Part shown: positions 35,200 through 47,084 of the stretch, one piece after another
Layout of the letters: the number at the start of each line of letters is the position of its first letter
How positions within the stretch are numbered: the stretch's first letter is position 1
NCBI GenBank assembly: GCA_036172245.1
Contig: JAYWIR010000008.1
Span: 3,286,001-3,350,000, forward strand
DNA from: Raillietiella orientalis
Lineage: Eukaryota
Direction: 5' to 3'
Length of the DNA stretch: 64,000 bases
Translations under genes and position numbers: made by a program
Notes under the pieces: model-generated
Seen by the model: only the letters and a program-made list of their open reading frames with translations
Database searches by the model: none
Told to the model about the DNA's origin: nothing

Positions 35200-36850
35200 C
35201 CGGATTCTTGTGCGTTCTCCAACGGCAAGCTGCTCGCGAGCAGCACAACCTCCAGATCCATATGGATACAGAGGGATGTCAACCCCACTACGAAAAACTG
35301 AATTTGCATGACTGGTTCATCGTAACTAAGGAGAGTATCTTACAAGAAGCGTCCCAGCATGACTAGGTGAAGAAGAACGTGTTGACCGCTGAAGGCAACG
35401 TTCACAAGTTCATCTCTCCAAAGCGGGCGCAGGTGGAGGAGAGGTTGCGGAGGATTCAAGCATTCCAGGAGCTCCGGGAGGAGTTTTCGGTATACTTCCA
35501 GCCGAACTCCCTCTAGAGGACGACTACAACCTCCAAGGTTCTTGGCTCTCCCCATCTTTGGTTTCGCATCTTGCCAGGTCTCATTATCGGTCCTGCTGCA
35601 CTCGGCCGCGAACCCAGCGGAACCCAGATACGCGTAAAGGAACAGGTCGTCCCCCATACTCTTTCAGGAGCGGCATAGGACTGTTCGGGATGATGGCAAA
35701 GGCCGCAACCTGCCACAGGCACAAGACTCACCTCTTCAAGAGCATTTCGGCATTTCGATGTTCCCCTTGAGGAACTGGACTGGACGAGGGGAGCGTCAGT
35801 CCAAACTGCTCCAGGTGCGGGGAGGAAGAGAACTTCGCCCACCTGCTACTCGACACGTGTTGACCTGCCCTGAGGGCACTGCGTGGAAGTCTCTCTGGGT
35901 CTCTCCCCTTTTCTAGTGGATAACTCTTCGAGCATCTTGAGGAACCTTTCTGGGCGGAGTGCCTGGCTGCCAGCTGTCGCCATGCTGACTGTGAGCGCAG
36001 ACTTCGCCACCAGGAACGACGCTGAGAGTGGACGGTACGACTGGGGTGCCACCATCCTCTTCGCCATCCGGTTCTTTCAGATCGCTGCCAGTTGGTGCTC
36101 CTCGCACAGCCCCAAAGAGGAGCTCGCCGGCATCCTGAAGAGGATCCCTTCCCTCTCCTCCCTCAACTTAAACAGATCGTTCTTGTTTTCCTATTTTTTT
36201 TCCCCAATCCCTTGGCCCCCTCAGCGATGTTGTGGACCTCATCCATGCTTCCTGAGCGGATGTCAGACTTGGGGGGACGCAAAGTTCCACCGATTCCTCT
36301 CTGTTTGTTTCTTCTGTAGAAAAACACACGGCCCCTGAGCGATCGGGTGGAGCAGATCTTGGAGGTGGACTGGACGAAGTAATCCTCCTTTTTCGCTGTA
36401 CCTTTTCGCGCAACCAGCGACAGCGCCTCATCTCCAGGGGAGTCGAGACCCCAAACTGCTGGAGGTGTGAGAGGATCGAATCGTCCTTTGCTTCGATTGA
36501 ACCGCGGTGCTCTCTACGGACTGCAGCGGAGGCTGGTCACCCGCGCTGCTGCCACTGTACCCGCAGGACGTTGCCACGGACCCGCGCGCGCGGCGAGCTT
36601 TCGGCAAGGCGCCGCCATGGCTTCAGCGAGGTGCCGCATCCTCACCATCGTCACGACCCACCTTACCCCTCGAGGCACACGCAGCAACCCGCACGGCAGT
36701 CGCCTACATGGGGGAGGCTGCGAGGTGGCCTCACTTGGAACAAGAAGTCTTCAGGAAGACCCCCGGCATTTGACGCGCCGGTTGTATGAAAGAAGGAGCG
36801 GTCGGTGCCTTTTCGTCCCTGTCCTTCCTTTTCTTTTTTTTCTTTTTCAT
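35200..36850 (+). mobile_element. Tandem decayed 3' fragments of non-LTR elements (zinc-binding C-terminus + T-rich 3' ends)
   Basis: RLISRGVETPNCWRCERIES (zf-RVT-like CxxC) at ~36425-36485; T-rich tails at ~36180 and ~36830, like the other copies. Confidence 0.5.
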
Positions 36851-37380
36851 TTGTTTATTTCCCCCTCTCTCCCGCTTCGTAGCAGCAATCGAACCTCCCC
36901 TACGAACTTCTTTTCGTTTTGGGGATCGCGTATCCTACTCCCCGGTACAACGTCCCAACGCCCCGGCGTGACCGAGTGAAAAGCAGGGTGTCCCGGCCGC
37001 CTCATCCGCTGCTCATGTTCCTGAAAACGGAACGGAAGAGGGCGTAGGAGTCTTCCACCCCCACAGGTGGCAGCAGCGGCACCCGGCTGCTCCGGATGCA
37101 GAGGCTGGTCCAGGCTGCATCCGAACCAATCTGGAACGCAACCCGCAAACCCTCGGGGAGCGGAGGCGCGGACTTGGTCCGGACCTCCTGCGCTTCACAG
37201 TTCCTGCCGCCTGACGGGGGAGGAGGCGAACCGCTGCTTGGGAAGCGTGAGCCCGTCCGTCGTGGACTCTCCGAGAGGCCCCTTCCTGGGCGCTGCCGCC
37301 ACCCATTCCTCCCGAGGGTCCCAGGACACTTCCCTCCGGGACCCTTGGAAGGTTTGCTCTCCGGAGGCGCGACGCAGAAC

Positions 37381-37500
37381 GAGTGGAGGATGGAATTTCG
37401 CGATTTCGGTTCGCCCGCTCGAGACAGCAGTGCGAGACCAGCGCTGCCCTAGGAGCGAGTCTGCAAAATTCCTTTTCGTCGCTTCTCACGAGGAAAGCGA
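37381..37500. repeat. Dispersed repeat (copy at 41075-41202), probably retroelement-derived
   Basis: GGAATTTCGC...TCGCCCGCTCG.GACAGC.GTGCGAGACCAGCGCT.CCCT...GAGGAAAGCGA is present in both copies. Confidence 0.8.
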
Positions 37501-37759
37501 CCAGCCGCGGCAGGTTGGCTCGAGGGAGGGGGACCACGTGGTCTCTGTGAGGAAAACATGCGTGGGAGGTCACCCCTACCCAAGGACCCTTCCTAGGGTC
37601 TTCCATCCCAGATCCCTGATATGGACACGGCGCCTCCTCCACGAGGCTGGGACATCGGAAGTGCAACTGCAGAGCTCCTGCCCGGCTTCATCCACGCTTC
37701 AAGGGCGGAAAAAGCTCACAGAATCCTGATCCGGCCGTCTTCAGAAGGCAGAGTAGGTG

Positions 37760-39110
37760 CTCGGCCTATTGCAAAAAGGTTGCCGGAACGGTGGTGTGGA
37801 ACACTTTCGAGGCCTCCCTCCTCCTCCCCCTGCTTTTTGTCTGCTCCATCCCCCCGGACATTCGACAGCGGACCGAGGACCTCATCAGGAAAGTCATGTG
37901 GAGCACAGAGAGGTCCTGTGTCCGACTGAAAGACTTGCGTGCCCCGCATAGGGATGGTATACTAAGCCTCCTTATGCTGGAGCGAATGGGACGACAGCTC
38001 CAGATTCGAAGACTCCCCCTCGCGGCGAGACTATGGACCAGCGCGCCTCCTCGCCAAGAGCGCAATCGGCTGCGAGGGACTGCCTTCGGTCCTGGTGGTC
38101 ACTTTGACGCATTGTGGCCTTCAAATCGGACAAATGGTTGCTTTGGTGAAGGAGAACACCTGGATCTCCTGTATCCTTGAGAACTGCACTTCCTGGCTGC
38201 GAGGATCAAAGGAAGATCCATGGCTCGAGTGAGGCGGAGTGCGCCTGCCTGCGGGGATGCAGATTCGTTCGAATGCCGCTGCAGGAGATCGTGTGTAACC
38301 CACGATAGCTGCGGTGGGCTTCGTCCACTGCCCTTGCCCCAGTGCTACCCTTCTTAAAAGACTCAAGATACAAAGACTCTCTGGCAAGGTGGGATGTGTC
38401 CTGCTGCCTCGAAGGCAGAAGACACTTCCGTGCGCGTGGATAAGTCGTCAGCTCACGGACACTGCGACCCCGAATGCCCTGCCGAAAGGACTCCTAAGCT
38501 GGAGGAGAGCTGCTCCTGATCCCTCCGGAGGAGGTGAAGTGGCCCTTAGCGTTCTGGAACAGTAACGCCCCTCCCCTCAAGTGGCAGGAGTTGGCGTTGG
38601 TGGTGGTGCATGGGGGAATCCCGTGCAAAGTGCTCCTTCACCACTGGACACGGGGTGGTGTGGGCTCTGAGTGCGACAGGTTCAGCAAGGAGATTCTCCA
38701 GAACCTGCTGTTTGACTATGCTGCCCTTTTAGGATCTCCTCGCGACGATGCGAGGAACCCCAGCAGGCGGCCCCAGGGGCCTTCTCAGACGTCTCTTCGG
38801 GCATACCGCACTACCACCAGCCGCGTCCCTCGCAGTCCTCTGCTTGCTGCCTTCGAGGAATCACGGAGGTCTAGAACACCAGAAGAGGCCGAAATCGCAG
38901 GGGCGCCATCCCTCGGGCAAGGTTCTTCCTGAAGATAGCCTCGAGATGGCCCCATCTGGGCGAGATACGGACAGAACTTGCCAGCAGCATCCTGGACAGG
39001 ATGCAGAGGACGTCTCCTAGCGAAGTGTGATCTCCCGGTCCCCTCCCCCTCCGCAATGAAACTTTCCCTCCCGTTTTTCTCTTTTTTGCCTGTTTCTTTT
39101 TTTCCCTCGT
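37760..39110 (+). mobile_element. Decayed L1/Tx1-like ORF2 3' half with T-rich tail
   Basis: IPPDIRQRTEDLIRKVMWSTERSCVRLKDLRAPHRDGILSL (post-RT FLW/GGL region); VVHGGIPCKVLLHHWTRGGVGSECDR..E.LQNLLFDY (zf-RVT-like). Confidence 0.72.
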
Positions 39111-39539
39111 CGCTGTGGAAACGGACTTTGCCAGTCTACGCACCGGTCACGGCAAGTTCCGAGCGCGTGGTGCAAACAAGTGTTCCGCTACACTCGAACA
39201 CTCCTGATGGACTTTTATTATTTGTTTAATAATGAATGCCCTCCAGCAAAACCAGGTGGGAAACTCATGGCGGAGGAACGGGACCGTCAGCGGGCTCCGC
39301 CGATCTCGTGCCGGATGGGTGGTAGTGGCGATGGTGTCGTGGACTATCACCAGAATGAACGGCTCGGCGTCCTTCGGATCGGAGACCTCGCTTTTCACCC
39401 AGAATCGCCGGGACGGTTTGTTAAAAATAACAATTTTTACAAAACGATAGGGCTATCGACACTATCAAGTCGTTGCATGCGCACAGCTAGCCGAGAGTTC
39501 AATGCGCAGACCGGGAAAGACGGCCTTGACAGCAGAGGG

Positions 39540-40600
39540 GATGGGAACAACAAAAAGAAAAAATATGCATATTAATCACTCTGGGGAGCAAGGGAAGGGA
39601 TCACAGCCTGCCGGAGGCCATCCTCTGCATCTTCTCTGGGATGCTGCCAAGTTCTCCTCGGGTTTCCTCCAGGTGAGACCGCCACGTTGCTCTCCGCAAT
39701 AACCGTAGGGAGAATTGGATGGCGTCCCTGCTGCTTCCTCCCCCTTGGAGTCGTCTCTCCACGTCACCACGATCCCACACAGGCAGCAAAGCGCTATTAA
39801 GGATTTGGCAGGCGGCAATGCGTCGCGCACGAAGAGGGGTCTCGGTACGTCCCTTGGGTTGCTGCATGGGGTCCGGAGGGGTCGTCGCTGCAAAGCGTCC
39901 CCACGACGGCCTCAGGGCAACCCAATCCACTGTAGGTGCGGTTTCACGTTCCCTGCTCCTGCCGCAGATCGGGCCCACACCTCCCCAGGTCTGATGATGT
40001 CGGCACGCGTTGCACGGGAGGCCCCAGTGCAGCACCAGGACCGCTGCCTACTGCCACTTGAAGGGAAGGAGTGGTTGTTCAGGAGCTCTGGGGACCACCC
40101 GAGATCCTTACAGGAAAACCTCGGCAGCTCACCCCAACGCGCAAGTCCTTTCGGCTGGAGAATTTGGAGGTCGCAGCATCAGTCAGGGAACCCGTGGTCC
40201 AATTTGTGAGCATCCTGCTTCTGGAGGATTTTCGTCGGTAGATTGCTGTTGCCAAGACGCTCCCTCAGGGAAGACCGCGTTGCGGCAAGGGAAGTCCATC
40301 CTGCCCACGCGCACTTGGTGGGATACGCGACGATCGTCTGGAGCGAGAAGTCGTTGCAGAAGGAGCACGGCAGTCGCTGCTGTATCTCCGGGGTCGGCCC
40401 GCTGGTCTTCGCCCACTTGCGCATAGTTTCCCTCAGCCAGGCGCCACCAGGTGCCTCAGCGGGGCGGCAGGAGACCCAGATCCTCTACCCGGTCAGAGCA
40501 GCCCGCGCCGCAGTTGCAGCCCGCAGTGGGGTACGCTGCAGAGGCACCGGTGCATGGAAAGAAGAGGGCCGGCGGCTCTTCTGACCAGGAGGCGCACCGG
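39540..40600 (-). mobile_element. Decayed copy of the same non-LTR family, tail-to-tail with 37760-39110
   Basis: Minus-strand LQTIVAYP (cf. LQEIVCNP) and LHWGLPCNACRHHQTWGGVGPICGR (cf. VHGGIPC..HHWTRGGVG); nucleotide similarity to 45830-46300. Confidence 0.72.
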
Positions 40601-41074
40601 TTCGCACCACTTGACGTCGGAGTTGGAGTCGGAGGCGAAGGCGAACTTTGAGTTCTCGAAAGAACCCGTCTGCTGATGCTGTGGCGAGGAAGGTAGCACC
40701 GCCGCACCCGTGGGAGAGGGGCTTCCCTTCCGGGATCCCGACAGCATCGGGCTCACAAAGTTCCCGGCTCGTAGCGGGTCGGGGGCTCCCCGCGGCTACG
40801 CACGCCTGCTGCTCCGCTCCCCGGAGGTTTGCAGGCTGCGTTTCCGGGTCGTTTCGGGTGCAGCCTGGACCAGTTCCTTCCATCCTGGGAGGGGGCGCAC
40901 GGTCCCGTCCAGCACATGCGGCCGCCCGTTTCCTGGTTCGCATGGGCGAAGCTTCCGGTGGTGGTCACGTGCCCAGCTGACCGGGGTCTCGCGCAACACG
41001 CAACCATGTGCTCGCGTTGTGCGAGAACGGGCCGAACACCGGCATCGTCAGTGTCCAGTTGCAACGCATTGCGC

Positions 41075-41202
41075 GGGTGGGGAGGAAGGAATTTCGCAAC
41101 GCTGTGGCTTGCTCGCCCGCTCGGGACAGCCGTGCGAGACCAGCGCTTCCCTGCAGGCCAGTCCGCGAAATTCCTCGTAGTCGCCTCGCACGAGGAAAGC
41201 GA
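41075..41202. repeat. Dispersed repeat (copy at 37381-37500)
   Basis: Direct sequence similarity to 37381-37500. Confidence 0.8.
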
Positions 41203-41949
41203 CTCTCCCTCAGATAACGTCGCCCTACACAGGACAGGCGCCCCAAGGCAAGCAACGAAGGAGACCCACCGTGCTCCCTCCGTTTCGCAACCCGGAGTTG
41301 GCTCTCCCGGCGGACGCCGTGTGGCCGCACGTCGCAGCGCGCACACGTGACGGAGAGGAAGCGATGACGCCAGTTAGACCTCGGGAAGCGTGGCCGATCG
41401 AAATCCCGAAAGATCAAAAAAAAAAAAAAACAGGGATCGGCAGCGGCGGAGGATCGGACCAGCGACCAGGGTCAGGTTCGCTCGAGATGATCCTGGAAGT
41501 GGACCCGCGCCGGAATTCAAAAGACCCCGCACGGGGTCGATCCAAGAATCTGCTGGCTGACAAGTCTCCCAGCGCGCGCAACGGCCACGGATCCAGAACG
41601 GGCTTTTCGGGAGGGAATCAGCAAGGAAGAGTCAAGGGAATCGACAAGCGTAAATGAATTTAAGGGGCGTCGGAGCGGAAGGAAAGGAATCACGAAGCAG
41701 CAGCCTCTTCAAATCGGAGTGACGACATGCAGTGAGTGACAACCTTGCTCCGAATTAAAGGAAGCTTCCAGAAAAAAGTTCCAACACGCAACGATGAGCA
41801 CCTATTTGGAGGAAGCAGCCTTTCCTTTTTGATCGCAATCCCAGCGTCTGTTTGCGATGGTTAAACCCCGCACAACGGCTTTTTAAATTTCATGCGCACA
41901 TCCCAAAACCCCTAAAAAAACAAAAAAAAAACTAGCCGCTAAGAATGCT

Positions 41950-43620
41950 GGGGAGCCCTCGAATGTCTCCGGCCCTCGACACTGCGGGTGCATCTGTGCA
42001 ACGTACAGGTGCTGCTACCCCAGCACACGGGGGAGTTGCTAAGGCTTCTTCTGCATGCACTTAGAGCCGGCACACTGCGATTCCCAGCGTCGAAGAGGAT
42101 TTTTTCGTCTTTCGAAAGGTCTAGGGGAGACCCAACTTGCTCTTCATGTGTTTCCCTCGGCAATACGCACCAAAGCTACCCAGCAGCTGAACCCAGAATT
42201 TTGGATTCTTTCACGTTCAAGTCTCCTTTGAAGTTGCGTAACAAAAGCCCCTTCCTTGGAAATCGTCTAAAAGACTCTCACCCGATGACCGCGGGACTCC
42301 GCACGGATTCTACGTAAAATATGAAAAGTTCGTTCCTGGACGAGAAGAAAACTCGTCCCGATTCTGCAGCGATCGTCTGAGTATTCTTCCAGGAATCCTT
42401 TTCATTTGCACCCCTCCTCTGAGCATCTTTCCGCTTCAGACTGAGAGGATCGACCCGCAGTTCTGACCCGCATCACCCACCATCCTCCACTCCCGTTATC
42501 CCCAGGGCAGTTTTTTCCGAGGTCTCTCGAGACCTCGGTGAAAGGCGCGCGCTCCGGTTCTTTCTCGTCGGATTTTCCCTGCATGCATTCGGAATGCTCT
42601 CGCGTTTCGACGCCCGCAAAGTCTGCAATTTGCAGTGCTAGAAGGAAACATCAGGCCACGTCTAGCAAAACTTTGTTTGCACCCGAAGAATCAGCTGCAC
42701 GTTGTTTTTATTTTATTTTATTTTATTTTTTTGGCGGCTCCCGTATTTTTAGGGCGGCCATTTTAGGAGGCCTGTCGCAAGAATGAACATCGCGTTGTCA
42801 TGGTTACGCTTGATTTTCGGTCTTCGCGGTTGTCGATTTACGCGAGTTCTTAAAGCAGTGGCTACTGCAGCATAAAAACTTTCGTTAAAAAAAAAGAAAG
42901 GACGGCGAGAGAAGATGCATTGGAAATTCTGATGTCACAGAAAAGTTTCAGATGCTTGCCCCAATCGGAAATGCAGTCCTCCTGAAGAAATTCTTGCAAA
43001 GCATTGCTTTGGTAGCCGGCTTGCTCGTTCTAACATCATCGCACCAAAATGGTAAATTCCGTTCTTTATGTTTTTTTTTCTCTCCCTCTCTTTAAGAGCA
43101 CAGAATTTCGCAGGCTTTAAACTCTTGGGTGATCGGGTTGCTAATCTCTGTACGAAAAACTTTTGAATAGCACCAAGCCTTTCCGGTCAGTTTGTAGGCC
43201 TCTGAAAGTAATGCCAGTGGGCGCCATGAATTTAGAGAGCATTCCTTATTAGGGAATTTGAGAAGCCCCGTCCATATCCCAACACTTTGCTGTTCTTTCC
43301 CGAAAAAGATTCGATTCCCGGTACTTTGCCAGCGAAGATTTTTGCAAGCTCTCAAGAGCGTGACCAAAAAAGCAGCTGCACTCACTACATCAGCATGCTC
43401 CAGCATTGAGGTAGCAAAACCTGCATTGCCGGCTTCTTCGGAATGATGGGATCCGGCATAGGCATTTCCGAAATTTCGAATTCGGGGAAACATTGAAAAA
43501 ATCAGAGGAGTTTCGACTTTCCGTATACTGTGGAGCTGCAGCTTTTCTGAAAGGCTCTGAGGTCGTGAGCGAAGTTTAAGGAATTGTCCAGGTAAAAGGA
43601 ACCGTTCCAAGAAAGTCATC
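41950..43620 (-). mobile_element. Decayed non-LTR retrotransposon RT region
   Basis: LNSWRPLALLSEAYKL (~43190-43240; cf. NWRPISLLNxDYKI); further along the - strand, LNVKESKILG and QHLYVAQMHP (cf. KLWYxAQVLP). Confidence 0.6.
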
Positions 43621-44417
43621 CCGCCATGACGCTTCGCAGTTCAAGGATCCCCTTCAAGCACGCTCTCCCCTTGTAGATGAGCGCACGTACAGAGACTTTC
43701 AACTTTCCCGTGGGTTCGATTCCTGAGAGCGCGAATCTCCAGCGCCAGCGGCGGCGCCGAGACATGCGGGGAGTCGAACGTCTCCATCTTGCCACCCCAC
43801 CAATCCGCGCCATTTTCCACACGACGAGTTCGTGGGTTCCGCGAGCGCGCTCGCCCTTTCTTTTTTTTTTTTTGCCTCCCCCCCCCTCACTCTCCCGCTC
43901 CCCTCTCCCTCTTCCCCCCCTGGAAAAACGCTTTGCTGTTTCTTGCGTGCCTTCGTCAAGCTCGACGTCTGCCACGAAAACGTGCCAGATGCGGCGATCA
44001 AAGAGCTGCATGCGGTTTAAGCAAAGCCGAGGGATGACAAGCTGAGAATTTTTTTCTCTTTCCTTTTTAATTATCTCCATCATCAAGTAAACAGCAGCGG
44101 AATGAAAAGCTGCAACTGCAGGATGGTTCACCTTAAAAAAAAAAAGAAAACAGCCGCGAAGATTCATATAAGAATGAGGATCTGATTCTAGTTATCAGAT
44201 TCGAATTATGTGTCTTTTCGGATAATGAGACAGTTTTTGCATGATTTAAAAAGGCGAACTGTGTAAACGAATCGCCGTGCATTCCACTTGAAAATTCCAC
44301 TATGCTTTCTCATTTCCTCTCTGGTTTTTGTACTCCGCTTAACAAACTTCATTACTCAGGTCATCAAGCAAGAAATTAACACACAGAACCAAACCATTCA
44401 CACTTGCGTTTTGTTTA

Positions 44418-45242
44418 CGAAGCTCATTTCAAAAGTAAGGGCGGATCGTGCACCAAGAAAGAACAAACAAAAACATGTATTGGTGGTTCGAAACATCCCC
44501 ATGTCATTTTTCTACGTAGTCACCATTTTTTTCCCGAACACCTTTGAAACCTCTTGACACCCTTTGAAGAAGCTTTTTGGAACCCTCTGCATCAAATTCC
44601 GCTGGCTGGGAGTTCAGCCAGTTCACCAGCACTGCAGTTTTCCACTCCTCACTTTCCCCCTCGAATCGTTGAGCCACTTCTTGAGGTGCAGGAAGACGTG
44701 GTAGTCATAGCAGTGTGTGGGACCAAAAGGGTTTGCTTTTGGTGGACTTTGTGGAGTCTGGAACTTCGCAAGTCCATTGTGTAGAAACACTTGCGAAACT
44801 GCGGCGTGCCATTGAGCAGAACCGACGACGTGGGATGCTGAGATCAGGAATTGCTCTTCTCCTTCACAACAGCGCGCACCTTGACAACACACGCTGTCTT
44901 CACATTCCAGACAATTCGAAAATCCAAATGGGAACTTTTTGATCATCCACCTTGCAGCCCAATGACTACCACGTCTTCCTGCACCTCAAGAAGTGGCTCA
45001 ACGATTCGAGGGGGAAAGTGAGGAGTGGAAAACGGCAGTGCTGGTGAACTGGCTGAACTCCCAGCCAGCGGAATTTGACGCAGAGGGTTCCAAAATGCTT
45101 CTTCCGCGGTATCAAAGGTGTTTGGGGAAAAAAATTGTGACTACGTAGAAAAATGACATGGGGATGTTTCGAAGCACCAACACATGTTTTTATTTGTTCT
45201 TTCTTTGTATCCGACCCGCCCTTACTTCTGAAATGCGCTTCG
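44418..45242 (+). mobile_element. mariner-derived MITE, 825 bp, with ~290 bp long TIRs (44418-44708 / 44962-45242) and TA target-site duplication
   Basis: Ends read TA|CGAAGCTCATTTCAAAAGTAAGGG ... CCCTTACTTCTGAAATGCGCTTCG|TA. Transposase remnants WDQKGLLLVDF, ETLAKLRRAIEQNRRRGMLRSGIALLLHN, WELFDHPPCSP-NDYHVFLHLKKWL, NWLNSQPAEF, DYVEK*. Confidence 0.92.
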
Positions 45243-45449
45243 TATACTGCCCGAAAGCAATCCTAAGATGAATGTGACCTAACAGAAAGGCAAAGCCAAC
45301 AGTAAGGTGCGATCACTTGCAACTTTTCAAAATCACGGGATCCGGAAGGCGAAGGAGGACAGCGATGTACCACTTTATGTGTGATGAGAGAGCCCATTCG
45401 TTGAGCCTTGGAGACAACGGTACCACGCGCGGAAACCCTAGCCACACGG

Positions 45450-45650
45450 TCACCAACGGGGGCGTGTGGCTGCGGTCTCCGCACGTGGTGCCAAACGTCG
45501 CAGGTTCGAATCCCACCCTGAAGAGGATCGACGCCGAGAAATGGATGCGTCGTAGGCTTCGAGTCCCCTCGCAAAATGGCGCTGGTTGGCCCACGGGCTT
45601 TGGGTGCGGCACTGGTTAACACGGTCACGCCGGGGCGTTCACTTCTAAAA
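45450..45650 (+). mobile_element. Possible tRNA-derived SINE remnant
   Basis: Pol III B-box GGTTCGAATCC at 45503-45513; no clean cloverleaf. Confidence 0.3.
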
Positions 45651-45774
45651 CCTACATGTCTGTGGCAGAACATTTGATCCTGCCACGTTACTTATAACTA
45701 CGAGAGGAACCTGCCGGGATCTGGCACGCAGGCCAGCGGGGAGAGCTTCGCCTCGGCAACATGGGGGAAGGGGA

Positions 45775-46430
45775 GACAAACAAAAAGAAAAAATAAAACA
45801 AAAAACACACAGTCAAAAAAATGTGGGGTGTTAGGGAAGGGATCATCGTGTGCTGGATGGCGTCCTCTGCATCCTTGTAAGGATGCCGGATGTTTCAAGA
45901 CTCCAAGATGGGGCCATCTTGACGCTATCCTCATGAAGAGGGCAGAAGAATAGATAGCGTCCCTGTCGTTCTGGCCTCCTCTGGCGTCGCTCCATGCAGC
46001 CACGATCCCGCTCAGGCAGCAAAGTGCTGCTAGGGATGCAGCCGGCGTGAGGGCGTCGCGCAGGAAGAGGTGCTTTACAACGTTTCTGGCGTTGCCGCCG
46101 GGGTTCCAAGGGTCGCGAGGAAGCGTCCCCAGAAAGGCCAGAGGGCAACACAGTCCACTAGGAGGTGTGGGAGGGATTCCTGCTCTCCGCACCTTGCAGT
46201 TTGGGCACACCCCCATGTCCACAGATGCCGACGGGCGGTGCACGGAAGGCCCCAATGCAGCAGCCTCAATGACGACTTCTGCCACTTCAAGGGGAGGGTG
46301 CGGCACTGGTGGAAGCCGGAAACCCCAAAATGCCCCCGCTGACTGGTCGGGATCGGAATTTGATCCCCGGGGTCCCCCTGCGGTTGTGAAAAGGGAGCCC
46401 TCCATCACGTACCATGGATCTTGTTGATAC
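45775..46430 (-). mobile_element. Decayed 3' end of the non-LTR family (homologous to 39540-40260)
   Basis: Shared AGGGAAGGGATCA...TCCTCTGCATC...CACGATCCC.C.CAGGCAGCAAAG.GCT...GCGTCGCGCA.GAAGAGG; LHWGLPCTARRHLWT/GVCPNCK; T-rich tail on the - strand. Confidence 0.75.
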
Positions 46431-46920
46431 CTTTCTCGGGGGGAGGGGGGTGCCTCTCCGGAGTGCAAAAAGCGCGCTGGTAAGCGCCTCTCACAAAAAT
46501 TGGGAAGCGTCCCTTTGGGGTTCTCTTCAGAGGAGTAACAAGGAGCCGTTCTCTTGCGGATTCTCTTCGGAGAGTAAATAAGGAGCGACCTTCACAAACC
46601 GGGGGGTCCCTCCGGAGAGAACGAGGAATGGTTCCCTTTGAGACTTTCTCCTAGGCGTGAAGGAACGGGCTCCTTCCTCCGGAGTCCTTCCTGGATTCAT
46701 AGGGTGGTCTCCTCTTGGGGTACCCCTAATTGAAGAGTTGCGCGCACCTTCGGGTGGTGTAGACAGCGCGTCAAAGATCTTCGTGAACTTCCCCTGAGGA
46801 GGCGAACGGTTCTTCATCACTGGGCGAACCAAAACGAAGAAAATCGTAGAAAAAAAAAAAAAAATGAGAAAAGCAGCGAAACAGAAGTAGCAGCGAAACA
46901 GAAGAGTCCAAAGGAGAGCT
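46430..46920 (-). repeat. Dispersed repeat family with internal TCCCTTyGG-type subrepeats, copy 1 (others at 59730-60260 and 63310-63705)
   Basis: Shared GATT.ATAGGGTG...TTGAAGAGT...GTGG.GT.GAC.GCG...AAGA.CTTC core followed by an A-tract and AAAGCAG. Confidence 0.8.
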
Positions 46921-47084
46921 CCCCATGAGGTGGCTACTGGCCCTTTTTTAAAAAAAGAAAAATTACTTACTTACTCACATGTGTTCCACGGGCTATGTAA
47001 GAAATCTAGAATCTAAGAAATGTGAAGAACATTTTATTTCCCATATCTGGGAGCTGCTGCATTCCTCATCATTTTTTCTTCCAG

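Noticed and set aside
43670..43740. tRNA genes suggested by B-box-like motifs (also ~20600 and ~22080 on the minus strand)
   Set aside because: No acceptor stem or cloverleaf could be folded; at most SINE remnants.
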